The notes under the pieces were generated by a model that worked only from the letters and a program-made list of their open reading frames with translations, did no database searches and had not been told where the DNA came from. Source: Octopus sinensis (Eukaryota). From it: DNA of 64,000 nt. Where the stretch lies: assembly GCF_006345805.1 (NCBI RefSeq), contig NC_043006.1, positions 61,566,001-61,630,000 on the forward strand, written 5' to 3'. Made by a program: the position numbers and the translations under genes. This document shows, piece by piece, positions 38,101-52,209 of this stretch (positions are counted from its first letter, which is position 1; the number at the start of each line of letters is the position of its first letter).

Positions 38101-38990
38101 GTTGCACAAATATTTTGTCCCTTCTGTATTTAATAGTTCCAAAATTCAGTCTATTATTAATCGATCTCCATTATTTGAGTTATCACTGATCTCAATTCTT
38201 TCACAATTCACGGTATTATACTCTTGCGAACATAAGTCCATCTCTTCCACTTTCATTTCTCGCATGCCCTATATCACCCGATATCCTTCTTGTGATAGCT
38301 TCCACCTCCAATTCTGCTAACCACCCCGTCTTTCATACTGCTCTTGCAGTAGTTTCGAATAGTTCCATTGACTTTCATTCACTGTGCATTCGTCTTCCAT
38401 ACCCTCTCACAGGCAAGCCATTCGTATCCATCGGGGTGTTCCGATAGTATCACTTCATAACCATCATATTTACTTACTTTCTTTACCTATCTCATGTAGC
38501 ATAGCTAGTAGTTACTGGATTACGACCGGGCCCACCCTGTTGCAGAGTAGCAACCTGCCGGGTGCGGCACTTTCACCACTGGTTCCAGTCCTGTTCACAC
38601 CATTATCGCCATTCATTCATTTATTTTACTTGGCATTTTCACTCGCAAATGAGGTGTGTTTTGATGTTAAGGTAGTCCGCCAATGCGGCAGGGTTCTAGC
38701 TCTCCTGGTTTTGGACACAGAGTATTCTTTCTCTTAAGCTGCTTGTCATCCAAGGCTAACGAGTATAGCCAACTCGGAGCACTGGTTATTTCTTCACATT
38801 TCTCTTGTTGGTTTGGCGAAGGAGTAAGAAGAGCTCTTACTACCCATAAGTTGGGGGCTGTTCCCTTTGTATTTCTTAGTTAGGCCTGACCTCTTCGCAT
38901 TTCTAAATTTGGCCTGTTTTCTTCGCATTTCATTTTGGGCCTGTTCCCTTCGCATTTCTATTCATGCTTGTTCGTTTCGCATTTCTCAAA
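35138..38990 (-). mobile_element. Near full-length (possibly chimeric) R4/Dong-like RLE LINE, ~3.85 kb, between (AAT)n tracts
   Basis: 5' to 3': N-terminal ITQTNTLI..A/QPWWKRRI motifs (37813-38049), degraded RT (36700-37400), MEFGLKKC..YKYVG..HHPKSDIERLY (36114-36680), KPLHGKY/SGLKAETG, knuckle + RPD endonuclease and 3' UTR matching 32437-32859. Confidence 0.85.
38854..38985. repeat. Five-unit 27-28 bp tandem array, consensus GGCCTGTTCCCTTCGCATTTC + 6-7 variable nt
   Basis: Units end ..TTTGTATTTC, ..TTCGCATTTC (x4) at ~27-28 bp spacing. Confidence 0.85.
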
Positions 38991-39040
38991 TAATAACAAT
39001 AATGATAAGAATAAAAATAGTAATGATAATAATAATAATA

Positions 39041-39074
<34 letters not shown>

Positions 39075-39126
39075 TATTATTATTGTAATTATTATTATTA
39101 TTATATTATTATTATTATTATTATTA

Positions 39127-39161
<35 letters not shown>

Positions 39162-39598
39162 TAACATTCAGTCAATTTCTACTACATCGTGAGCAGCTAC
39201 ATTTTCTTTATTGCTGGAGTACTTACAGCATTCTCTGTTCTTTTTTTGTTCTTGGGGAATTGCACACACTTCCCAGTATTTTATTGTGTCAGTTTCTTTT
39301 GCAATGGGATCTGGTTGCACTCTTTTCTTGTATTATGCGAGTTGTGTTTTTTTATGTTGGGTATCCTGTCTGTAGAGAAGATGTTGCGGTGCTTTTATAT
39401 TTTATTGGATATTTGCTGTCTAAAAAATGTCTAATGCTGAGGATTGTTTTGTTTAGCTTGTATTATTGAATTGATGATGACTTGTGTATGATATGGGACT
39501 ATTATGAGTATTGTTATTGTTGATATTGCTATTGTTGTTGTTGCTATTGTTATTATTATTATTCTTCTTATTATTATTGTTATTGTTATTATTATTAA

Positions 39599-39653
<55 letters not shown>

Positions 39654-40828
39654 GTTATCATTGTTATTTTTATTATTGTTATTATTGAAAACTGTTCCAA
39701 CGTCAGCAAGCTTAAGTTTTCGCCTTCTAATGTGCTACACTACATTTCACATAAAAATGCATATCAATCCTCACTATACTTTATTGGAAAGGTAATAGGA
39801 CTTTTTACATTAAAAGCAAAATTTTGGTAGTTTACATAAAATGCAGTGCAACTAAAAGAAGTTTTATAATAGCATATAACATTTTTCTTTCTGTACAACT
39901 AAGTATGCAGGAGGACATCCTTGTATTTAAACATTGTCAATTGAATCACTGATTTATCATGTTTAAAAGTCATTTTATTTTTTTATTGTTGTGCATTTCT
40001 GCAAACTTTTTCTGCAGTTACCATTTGGAAATTCGATGTTTTATGTGAATGAATAAATTTTTTATGTGTTGTGATTGAGTAGTTATTTTTTATTGAGTAG
40101 CCATCCTATTAGATTTTGCATATCAAACAGTAAATCACATTTCCTGTCACAGCAGATAACCTGAAATCATTTCCAAGTGTATTTATGAAATACATTTATT
40201 TATAATTATTTTTAGATATATATTTTACTGTACTACTCCCACTGTTGAATTTAATATTTTTCAATTCTACTCTGTTACTTTACGACTATATTTTTCTACA
40301 ATAATTTTTTTCGATGTTGACAAAGATTTCCTGTTAAGGATTACTTTGAAGCAAATTATCTTGAAAAATAAATATTAAAGAATTTCAGTAAAGAAAATAA
40401 AATAAATCATGATGTATTTCCTCTTATATACAGTTGGAATGCCGCCATCTCTATCTATTGTTAAATCGCTTACAGAGGTTGAGCTGAGAATGGAGATAAC
40501 TATTGATTGATGGTCAAGTTACTAATACTGATATATTTTGCTGCAAGTAATCCATCACACGTAAATGCTGACTAGAATGATCAAAGAATCATACATCATC
40601 ATGATGAGCATTAGTCTTAACATACACAAAGATAACTGATTAAATTTGATTGATACGAGAAGTTGCATGCGAGAGGAATATATAAAAAAATTTCAGCAGG
40701 AATACCAGAAATATTCATACATACATACATACATACATATATACATACATATATACATACATACACACATACACACATATATACATATATATATACATAT
40801 ATACATACAAACATACACACATATATAC

Positions 40829-40859
<31 letters not shown>

Positions 40860-40991
40860 CCTATATATACATATATATACATATATATATATACATATAT
40901 ATACATATATATATATGTATATATGTGTATATATATATATATATATATACACATGTGTTTATGTATGTATGTATATCTATGTATACATATG

Positions 40992-41066
<75 letters not shown>

Positions 41067-42058
41067 CTATGTTACATATATATACATACTTACAATAGCA
41101 TACAGCAAATAATATTTTAAATCTGACGTAAAATGTAAAGTTGCATGCATTTTATATATATGTGTGTGTGTGTGTGTGTGTATCTATATATATATATATT
41201 TGTGTGTATATATATATATGTATATATATATAACTATATATATATATATATATTATATATATGTATGTATGTATATATATATATATGTATATATATATAT
41301 GTACCAATCACATATTTACCATGTTAGCTAAATATTCTTAAAGTAGCATTTGTCGTAGGACAAATCGGACTCGTTTTATGCTGTAGTTAGTAATAGTAGT
41401 AGTAGTAGTAGTAGTAGTAGCAGTAGTAGTAGTAGTAGTAGTAGCAGCAGCAGCAGCAGCGGTGGCTGTGGGAGTTGCAGCAGACGCAGTTGCAGTAGTA
41501 GTGGTAATAGTAGAATCTTATACAAGTTTGTTTTATAGTAAATATATTGTTTTATATTACTATTGCGTGAACATACATATCTATACAAGCACATAAGGAA
41601 AGATAGCCACATCGATATATGCATACATATAAAGATGAATAGATATATACGTGCACACATATATATTAATAAGCGTGTGTACATGAGGTGCGTATATTGA
41701 ATCACAACCACAGGGCTTCGTGTTCAGTCTCAATGCGCGGCACCTTGCGAGTGGATTTAGTAGATGGAACCTGAAAGAAACCTGTCGTATATAGATATAT
41801 GTGTGTGCATGTTTGTGCTTGTGTCTGTTTATTTTTTATGTGTCTGTGTTCCCCCAAATTACTATGCATATATGTATGTATGAATATGTATACATGCATA
41901 TATATGTAAATATATATATATATAAACATATATATGTCTATACATACATACATATATATATATATATTATATATATATATATATATATTTACATACATAC
42001 ATACACGCACACACACAGACACACACATACAAATATATATATATATATCTATATATAT

Positions 42059-42116
<58 letters not shown>

Positions 42117-42141
42117 TACTTAGATAGATAGATAGATAGAT

Positions 42142-42547
42142 ATCAAAATATGCAACAAGGATATCCAGAGGTAATGCAGTAAGATCATTTTACGCAACTC
42201 CATTTAATTGAACAATGAAACCATCACATCAATTTAAATGCAGAGCAATCGTCAGCTGTACAAAGATATAGAATTTAATTAAATTAAAACAGATACACAC
42301 ATCAGTTGCACTGAGTGCAGCATGTTCTTTTTCTATCTACTTAACTTTTTGGAGATTATACTCCTTAACCTCTTGGAAATTTTACTAACGTGTTCATTTG
42401 TTTTAATTTAACGAAATTCTATATCTTTGCGCCGCTGAGGATTGCTCTGTGTTTAAACTGATGTAATGGTCGCATGTTCAATTAAATGGAGTTGATTGAA
42501 ACAATTGTACTGCATTACCTCAGGATATCGTTGTTGCTTATTTTGAT
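42142..42547. mobile_element. Foldback element: ~160 bp inverted arms each containing a hammerhead-like motif
   Basis: 42142-42300 is an imperfect reverse complement of 42390-42547; right arm CTGAGGA...GAAA-CAATTG-TA-CTGC (42431-42513); left arm minus CTGACGA... (42176-42259). Confidence 0.7.
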
Positions 42548-42652
42548 TTTAATCACCTTTTTTTGAAATTGTATGGATAATACCGTACTAAATTTTGGTG
42601 CCTCAACTTAAGTACCATATTCATCTGAATCTAGATAGGTAGATAGATAGAT

Positions 42653-45600
42653 ACGTTCCTTTATTAGCCACACAGGGCTGAACACAGAGGAGATAAAATA
42701 CAATGTAGAGCTTTTCTTTTCGCAAGAAAAAAAAGAGAGGAGAAAATATGTTTCCGATCAAATGGGACCGTGTATCACCAAGAATATCAAAAATGTAGAA
42801 GCAGATTCTCTTCCTATTTTTTTGATTTTCTGGATGATACTCAAAGTGGTTTCGTCATTCGCGCGTACCATCCTTGCTACATTCACCTACCTCTTATTGA
42901 AACCTTAACGAGACAAAACTTGCCTCCCTATTCTCACCTTCCTTTCCTAGTGGAACTCGAAAATTTGAACGATGTGCCAGAGAGGAAATTGTTTGTCTCT
43001 AAACCTTTCACCCGAGTCCTCCACACATATTCTTTCACCATGGCCACCAGTACGATGAAGAATGCATTGCCTTCCCGGTTAAGGGAAGGGGGCAGAGCAA
43101 TTTTCTTGACAGCTGCCGCTCTGCATAAGCCTACAGGTCAGAAATCTTTGGGCACTGCACGAGTGCGTGCAGTAGGGTTTCTTCGCTTTGAACACATTTC
43201 GGACAAGTCGGTCCGGTGTGTCTCGAAGTGTGCCTATAGAATTTATCCCGAACGGGAAATGCTTCTCAATAGCACTGTCAGGCCAGGCATCTCTGGTGAT
43301 TGTCCATAGGTTCCGGCCCGAAAGTTGTTCGGAACAGGCGGGTCAGATGTTCCCCCTCGACGCCCAGATTCTGCCCCAGAACGCTGTCGTACCTGCCTTC
43401 CACTAATCCTCCATAGAACGACTTTGTGGAATTGAAGTCGCACAAGTTTGGTCCCGGACGGTGGAGTTGCTTGAGAGCAATGTGGCACTCGCTGTGCCAT
43501 TTGCCTAGCCTCAGTCTCTGACCTACCATTGCAGTTCGGCCAGAGACAAGCTGCTGGAAAGCGCACCGAACAAACGGCGACCTCACTTGATCACTGTCGT
43601 CTATGAAGCGCCGGATAGGTCGCAGTCTCATCGCATGTCTGCGCATCATCAACCAGTGCATGCCCAGCCATCTATTTAGCGTGTGTTGACAGCAAATGGA
43701 TTGTCTAACCATCAGAATTCTTCACTTCCACAAAAAGTGGAAAAGAATGCGTTGCAATTTGGTAACGGTGGGGTCGGTACAAGACACAACGGTCACACGG
43801 CAATCGATGACGGATTTCATGTACGCGTTCGTCCCCTCCGCCCGACCTTTTTATGGATTGATGCCTCTCGGCCCGTTGCTGGGTTAGAGTGGCCACCTTA
43901 CACGTTATCTCGTCCAAGTTCTTCTCCATTTGGAGGTCCGCACCGAGCCAGACTTCGAGCAATTTAACCGGTCCGTCAGTTCAGCATCACACGATGGAGA
44001 CGCCGTTGGACGACATCGGCTTCCTTCTCCAGGTGTCGAGCCGCAAGCTCACTGACTGGTTAATTTTTTCTCCCCCTAATGCTTCGTGTTCTTTTAGTGT
44101 CTCGCCGACCAGGTCGATATGCCTGTGTCTCCACACTATCACTGTGCCGTCTTCCGCGTATGAAGACATGCTCCTCCCGCATCCCAGCTCTCGTGAGATG
44201 CCCTCAGCGCCGCTACCTTCCGCAGTAGTAGCTCAATAGTCAATATGTATAGAAGCGAAGGGAGGAGGCATCCTTGATGAACCGAACGCGCGATGTTAAA
44301 TGATCAGGACAGATGTCCATTTACGCGAACTACCTAGCGGATGCCGCTGTATAAGGCAGTGAAGCAACCGCGGAAGACGGAACTGAAACCAGCCGCGCTA
44401 AGTTCAGCTTCTAAGTAGCGATGGTCTACCCTATCGAAAGCTTTTGATTGATCCAAATTGATCAGCGCCCCATCCATGCCAGATTCCTTAACTACCCTGT
44501 CTATGACGTAGCGCATCAGATGGAGGTTGTTTTTGATACTCCTACCCGGCACGGCACACGTTTGCTCTTTGTCGACCAGTTTCTCGTTGACAAGCGCCAA
44601 CCTCTCGGTGAAAACCTTGCCTACATCTTCAAATCAACGTTGAGCAGAGTGATGAGCCTGAAGTTACATATTACGTTCCCCTTGCTTGGATCTTTCTTTG
44701 GCAGTGCCACCGCTCCTCGCTTCACAGAAACGGGGATACTCCTGTTTTGCTGCCAGTTGCAGTAGACAGCTGCCAAGACCCCTTCAAATAAGTCTGGAAT
44801 ATGACATAAAATTCGTAGCGCAGACCATTCAAGCCTGGCGACTTATCTCCGGTGCAGCCTGTCATTGCATCCCGTACGTCCTCGGCTGTGATGGTCTTTC
44901 ACAACACTTTACTTCTCTTGCCGATAGTCGTTGCAGGCCATACAGGTAGGCACTAAAGTACACTCTGCGTTCTAACCCACCAGTTGTCCCGAATATTAGG
45001 GCAAAGTGTTGTTGAAAGTCCTCACACATCTTTTCAGTTTCGAGTAATTCGCGAAACTGCTCATCTGTCAGAGACCTAATGGTAGCTTTGTAGCCTCGTT
45101 GCGCCTCCGCACATGGGCCTCTAGGGCGACTCCAACTCCTTCGTTCTTCAAACCACGCATCCTAGCTCTGACAACGCATCCTTCGTGTTTGACGTTCATG
45201 TGTTGGTCAATGCTTTCTTAACTAATGTGCTAATCCGGTCCTGGTAAGCCTGGTCTGCCCTGAACGACGAGTTCAGCTTCCAGTAGCTGGGACATTGCCT
45301 ATATCTTATCTACATCAAGTGTACAATTCACAAATTAGTCACTATCCTTGTCTACTGTCCTACAGAATAGTCTATCTAAATACGATCTCCATGGCTTGTG
45401 TCTGCCATTTCTTACGATATCGAGGAAGAAATCCATATCTTGCTCCATGTCTACATTGGCACATTCGGATGGTCCAGTCGGTACCTGTCAGACAGATGCA
45501 AACGTCTGAACAGGTCCTTGAGACATTTACATCTCCACCTATTACTATATCTGCTCACGTAGTCTAGATGCGTGTCCAAGGTAACGTTTTAATCACCCAC

Positions 45601-47930
45601 TAAAAGCAAAGGTCGAGACGTGCCCAGAAAAATCTCTAGACGTCGAAAGAAATCTCACCGATCTGTTAGGGACGGTGCATTAACTGTTATCGGCCAGGAA
45701 AATTGCTCTTACTTTGAGGTCCAAACTCTTTCGAAGAAGCACCATGGTGCCACCTCCGCCCATTCTCGGCAGACACTGAGAAAAATAAATGTCGAAATGT
45801 CTGCCGAACGTATGCTGGAAGGCCCGCGGGTTGTGGAGACTAGTCTCGCTAATGGCTATGATATCCAGATTCTAGGACTTGGTGTCATTTAACAGGTAGC
45901 CTTGTTTCCAAGGCGACCTCAAGCCATATACATTTATACTACCTATATTGAGCATGTCCCTATCGAACGTTGTGTTTTACACATGAAAGGACGCCGAAAG
46001 AGAATGAGAGAGAGAGAGTCACTTACTGTCTGAAAGTTGTTTGTCCGTCACTTCAGTCTTCTCCCAGAAGGTTTTTGCACAGTTTCTTAGAAAGGTATTT
46101 TTGAAATCTCCCTACTGCATCCAGGTATAGAGATTCGAGTGTGCTGTGCGTGTTCTGTGGTTTGTCTATGATTTTAATGTGTTATGAGGGTGTTGTGCGT
46201 GGTTGATTCTTTGTTTTGGTATCATTTTCCGTTATGCTGGTGTTTGACCTAATGTATTTCATTAGGTGTGGATTGTTAATGTTTATAGCTATCAACATTT
46301 CAACATTTTTGGGACGTTTTGTGTTTGTGTGTTTGTGTTGATGCTTTTGTTTTCTACGGGTGTTTTGGTTTCGGGAGTTGTAAAGCTCTCTGCTTTGTCT
46401 GCTTCTCTATTCTTTTTTACCCCACTTTTCTCTTTCCCCATGTGGCCACTTGCCAATCCTCTGTGTCGTCTTCATCTAACGACACGTCAAAGGAATCAAA
46501 AGGTGGAAGGGGAAGTGTATTTGGGTTTATTTCTGAGTGTGTTGATTTTGTTGTTGCTGGTTGGTGAAAGTTGGGATGTGATGTATGGGCGTTTTGGAAG
46601 CGTGGGGTATGTGTCCTTTCTGTTTCATCGTTTTCCTTTGGAGTTGTTGTTGTTGGTGGTGATGATGGTGTTGTTTCTGTTCTTGGTGGTGTTGGTGGTG
46701 GCGATATTTGGTTGGGCTGGCTTGTGGTTGCTGATGTTCCTTCATTTGTTTGTAGAGCTGCTTAATTAGTTGTGCATATGGCGGTGTGTGTAGCAGTGGT
46801 GTTTTATGGTTTTTGGTTTTCTTGTGGGTGTTGTTGTAGTTGTTGTTGTATCTGTGCTAGTGGGCAACTGATTTTCCAGTGTGATTGCTACCACAAACGG
46901 AGCAACGTATCTTTCTACTTTCGGCTGCCACGTGCAAATTTGAATCGGCTATCAGTTTCCTTTGATGTGGAATTTTGCCAAAGTTGATCATATCAATATC
47001 AGCAAGGATTTCAACTCCTTGACCAATCTCATTTTGCTGGTCCAGGACAGAGATTTCCAAAATATGGATTTCCTCCTCAATGTCATAACAAATAGCAGAC
47101 TAAGCCATTTTATTTCAGTTTCAGGGGACACATTTGATTTTTATTTTTGTGACCCTTCGACCAAGGTATTTAGGTATCATTATTAAGTTGTCTCATTCAA
47201 AGGATTTTGTGGAGAGGTTCTTGGCTCGTTCTTCACTGTCGAATCTAACTTCAATCGTGGCAAATTTGTTTCCCCTAGTGATGTTGTCTTTAAAGGCCCA
47301 TATAGGCCTTAAACATTTTTCTACTCTTTCTTGAGTGGCCGTGTAAATAATTGATTTTGCTTTGAGATTTCTGCTGTTCTTTTTTTGGGGGTGGGGGGTG
47401 TCTGTAGTTGTATGGTGTGCTCCTCTTTTTAAACATTGCCTTGCAGGCAAGCAGTTCTTCCTTGGAAAGGACATGATTCATTCATTCAGCTTTAAATTTG
47501 CGGCAAAATTGTTTTGAGTGTTCGTGTTGGTTATGGTGGTGATGGTGGTAGTGGTGGTAGCAATGGTGGAGGCAGTGTTTATAGCAGTAAACGTTGTTTT
47601 GCCTCTTCGTTTGTATCTTGCCTGTGTGCGTTAAAGCGGAACGACTTGTTTTCATCTTCCCTCATCTCCAGCTTTGGTAGAGGCGGGAAGTCAATGACAT
47701 ATTGGTTCAATTTAGCTATTTTCGCTTAGAATATGGCATGGAAAACAAAGAATTTGTTTTAATTTTGGAAATGCAACCCATGTAGGGGAATTTCCTATTA
47801 CAAGATTTACTGGAATTCACAGAGATGAAGTTAGACATCTCTATCACAAAGAAATATTCCACAAATGAGCAGTTTTTCTACACAAAAAAGCCGACTTACT
47901 ACTGTCCATTCACGGCAAAAGTTAGGTAAG
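42653..47930 (-). mobile_element. Tx1/L1-clade LINE, ~5.3 kb, degraded, flanked on both sides by (GATA)n
   Basis: RT: EQTCAVPGRSIKNNLHLMR...LINLDQSKAFDRVDHRYL, SVHQGC.., SYAED (YADD); endonuclease remnant ~45250-45900 (DFKTLP, SDY, SYWKLNSS); ORF1-like remnant 46860-47480 (CSVCGSNH); AATAAA at the 3' end (~42660-42665). Confidence 0.85.
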
Positions 47931-48302
47931 ATAGATAGATAGATAGATGGATAGATGGATAGATAGACACATAAATAGATACACACACGCACACACACAT
48001 GCGAGCGCACACGCATACATATAGGTATTATTTTATTATTTTACTTCCTTCAGTCATTTGATATAAGTGATATCTGATTACAACATCTTGAGTAGCGCAC
48101 AGAATACACACACATACAAACATATATATATGTTTGTATGTATGTATATATATATGAAGCATTATTATTCGTCTTGTATAACAAGTATTTTAGAACGGTA
48201 ACTTCAGATCAATCATGTAACCACAATGTAATGTAGTATTATCGACTGCTTGGCACATTTAATAATCATGTTACCTAAATATTCTACTACTACTACTACT
48301 AC

Positions 48303-48334
<32 letters not shown>

Positions 48335-48640
48335 TCAGCAGCAGCAAATCTTCAGGAAAAATATGACAATACTGCTTGCATGCAAGCATCATCAAATAGA
48401 AGCTAATGGAATGATCAATTGCTACATTTTTCGTTTTAGAAACTCTGACATTTGAAGAAATAACATTTTGTCTTACTGGCACTATAGCAATCTAATTTTC
48501 AAATTGTTCCCATACATAACGTTACCTAATAAATGTAGACATACACAAACACACAGCCAAATTTGTATATATTCACACACACACACACACCACACATATA
48601 TATATACATATATGTACATATATACATGCATATGCATACC

Positions 48641-48797
<157 letters not shown>

Positions 48798-49357
48798 CAT
48801 GCATACATATATATACTTATATATTTATATGGGTGTGTAATGAATACGTAGGCATATATAGATGCATACTTACTTTTGAATATATATGCATATGTATATA
48901 TGTATATGTGTGTGTATGTATATATGTGTATGTATGTATGTATGTATGCATATGGGTGGGTGTATACATATATTTCCGATTATTATTAATCAATAGTTTC
49001 ACCCATTCTTTCCGACACAATTTGCCTTCCAAATTTTTTACGGTGTTTTCTTTTCTTTTCTGATTTAACGATTAATATTCTCTTCATTCTTTTATATTTA
49101 TTTTCCGCAAGCCTTGCATTAGAGTTCAAAGTACAGTTAAAAGTAACCAACTTCTTTTTCATAATCAATGAATTACTCATTTCTTACGAGTGCGGATGAC
49201 CAAAAGGACCACAATCAATGAATATGTATAGAATGTGGTGCGCAATAAACTCGTCAAATGTGTGTTGACATGAAACAAATTGTTATCTATGGCGGCTAAT
49301 CTGCTTTTAATATTGCTATAAATATATTTATGCGTATACATACATACATACATATAT

Positions 49358-49429
<72 letters not shown>

Positions 49430-49435
<6 letters not shown>

Positions 49436-49757
49436 GGGAATAAATCCAAACTTACAGGGAAAAATTAGATTTAGGATTAAATCCAATTTTATAGTATAAA
49501 TATATATTATATTATATTAAATTAGAGATAAAACCACTATTAGGCAAATCAAACAGTGAAAAACATAAGCCAATACATAAAAGTAATTTAAAAATTAAAA
49601 AATTATTAAAATATTTAAACCTATAAATTTTTAATTATTTTAATAATTTTTTAATTTTTAACTTTTATATCGATAAATTAATTTTATGTATTGGCCTATG
49701 TTTTTCACTGTTTGATTTGCCTAATAGTGGTTTTATCTCTAATTTAATATAATAATA

Positions 49758-49765
<8 letters not shown>
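49430..49765. mobile_element. Solo terminal fragment of a sister family of the 13-20 kb Penelope-like element, with inverted repeat, in (TA)n
   Basis: ATATTAGGGAATAAATCCAAA.TTACAGG.AAAA.T.AGATTTAGGATTAAATCCAATTTTATAGTA matches 19159-19225; ~49500-49585 inverted at ~49680-49765. Confidence 0.75.
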
Positions 49766-49802
<37 letters not shown>

Positions 49803-50537
49803 GTATTTGTGTGTGTGTGAGTATATTTATAGATCCATATATGCATCTCATACAAATAGTGTATAAATATTAGATGCATTTAAAAAATTCAAGAATATAA
49901 CGTGTTGTAGAAGGAAAAGAATTATTTGCATCTACTACGTATGGCTTGAAATATATTTTGTGTATTTCACAATATCCATGATATTTGACTTCGTGCGTAG
50001 AAAAAAAATATCGTTTTGAAATATTTCAGAAATAATGCATTCAACTAATTCTTAAGTAATTGTTAATTTTGGAATACAAGGGCAATTCTTGGATTGACTA
50101 ACTCTAAATGAGTGTTAAATTCTGAATGCATAAGCGAAAATTTAAAGAAAATCCCACCTGCCCCCAAATTGCAGTATTCGTAAGAGAACCACAAACGAAA
50201 TATATCAATATATCCCGTATAAAATTTCGAGATTTTTTTCATACTAGAAATAATTCAAATACGACTATATTATCAGACGAGACATCAAGAAGAGAATTCA
50301 CATAAAACACAAGCAATAAGTCTTCTAGAGACTTTGAGTGCTGTTAGCTGTTGTGTCTTGATAAATCAATTATATGCACCCCTTATATATATATATGTAT
50401 ATATATATGTATATATACAATATAATAAATTAATAAAACATATGCTATATGCGTACATATATGTACATACATATATCTATATGTATATATACAGACATAT
50501 ATATATAATATATATATAATATATATATATAATATAT

Positions 50538-50609
<72 letters not shown>

Positions 50610-50612
<3 letters not shown>

Positions 50613-51678
50613 GAGTACAGGACACCACAAATAAACGTAGAACACAACGAGAAACGAAAACATAAAATCAAACAAGGAAACGGACTTTTTTTTTAACAAC
50701 GAAAATACTGAGTACAGGACAAATAATATAAGGAGAATTCCCCTTCATCAGCTGCCCCTGGTTCGACTCAATGCGTGTTTCGAAGGTAAGGGCAGAACAC
50801 GGCCAGCCGAAGCAGTCCTTCCTGCAAAAGGAATTAAATAAAATTATTTTGCTGTGGGGTAAAACAAGTGACAAGAACAGGACGTAAAAGCAATACAAAT
50901 GAAGAAAAAACAGTAGAAAAACAGTACAAATAAAGAATAACAGGACAAGGAAATCAACAATAAGGGCTTTTTTAGGCCTAGACGGTGGAAAAATTAGTTA
51001 GAACGCATCTCCAAGTAAGTTTGAGACCAAATTGGACATCAGCCGCCATATGTATATAAAAAGAAAGAATACAAAAATGGGGTAAGACGGTGTTTTCTTT
51101 CCGCAGTCGAGTTCCAGATTATCTCTGTAATTTCGGCAGGTTATACTCGAGATTGTTCCAATCTGGCCAGTCCCGTGGAAAATCTAATCTAAGAGCGCTA
51201 TATCCCTTGGAAGAAAGCAGCGAATGTATAGGAAAACAATGACGGAAAAACAGGGAGAAATAGAAATACAAATAACTGGAAATTAACAACAGGTGACTTT
51301 TGACTAAGTACGAATTAAATGAAGCTGGCGTTCGATGGAAGTGAAGCCATACGGCAGGGACATAAGAGATGACAGGCATGGGGTGGAATATAGATATTCC
51401 ACGGATTGTAGTGGACCATTCGCGGCTTTCATCCAAGGAATCTAGTGCTCTTAGCTTAGTTTTTCTTTGGGGCTGGCCAGATTAGAGCAATCTCGAGTAT
51501 AACCACCCGAAATTGCAAAGATAATCTAGAACTCGACCAAGGAAACAAAAACCTAGAATGACTCGTCCTTGCTTTTTCTTGTTCCGTTTTTTAAATCATC
51601 TGTCTGGATGTTTTGTTGTCCCCTTTTTTGTATCATCTGTCTGGGTGTTTTGCGTTCTTGTCCCAATTTTTGAATTTC

Positions 51679-51680
<2 letters not shown>
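50610..51680. repeat. Composite non-coding repeat between (TA)n tracts with internal inverted repeat
   Basis: Starts ATGAGTACAGGAC like 3972 and 4651; 51106-51173 inverted at ~51470-51537; ~51095-51410 recurs in degenerate form at 53945-54120. Confidence 0.6.
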
Positions 51681-51713
<33 letters not shown>

Positions 51714-52171
51714 TTCTTATATTTAGTTTGCTTTCATTGTGTCTGGGGAGATTAATTCTCTTTTAGTGCCTATTTAATTTAACAAACTGACCGAGCAGAT
51801 TTCCACTGATTTGCGTATTTATTTTACTAAAATTTTCGTTGCGTCTTGCAACTTTTGAAATATTTGTTGACTCTGTCTATTATCGGAACTGTGTTCTTTT
51901 GATTTGTTTGTTTCTTTGTGCGCATGCGCATACGTCAATATGCGTGCGCATACACATATATATGTATGCATTTATGTATGAGTGTGTATGCACGTATATG
52001 TGTATGCATATGTATATGTATGCATGTGTGCACGTTAGTATGTTTGTACTCTGCATTATGTGCATACGCATATACGCATGTGTGCACGTTTGTGCGTTTT
52101 TATGTATTCTGCATAACAATGTGCTTGTGTGTTCATGTTTGTGTGTTTGTATATGTCTGTGTGTGTTTGTA

Positions 52172-52209
<38 letters not shown>

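Noticed and set aside
38854-38985. CRISPR-like array
   Set aside because: Variable segments are only 6-7 nt, repeats are degenerate, no cas genes, eukaryotic context.
42770-44949. Plus-strand ORFs of 70-180 aa
   Set aside because: Antisense shadows of the GC-richer Tx1 ORF2 on the minus strand.
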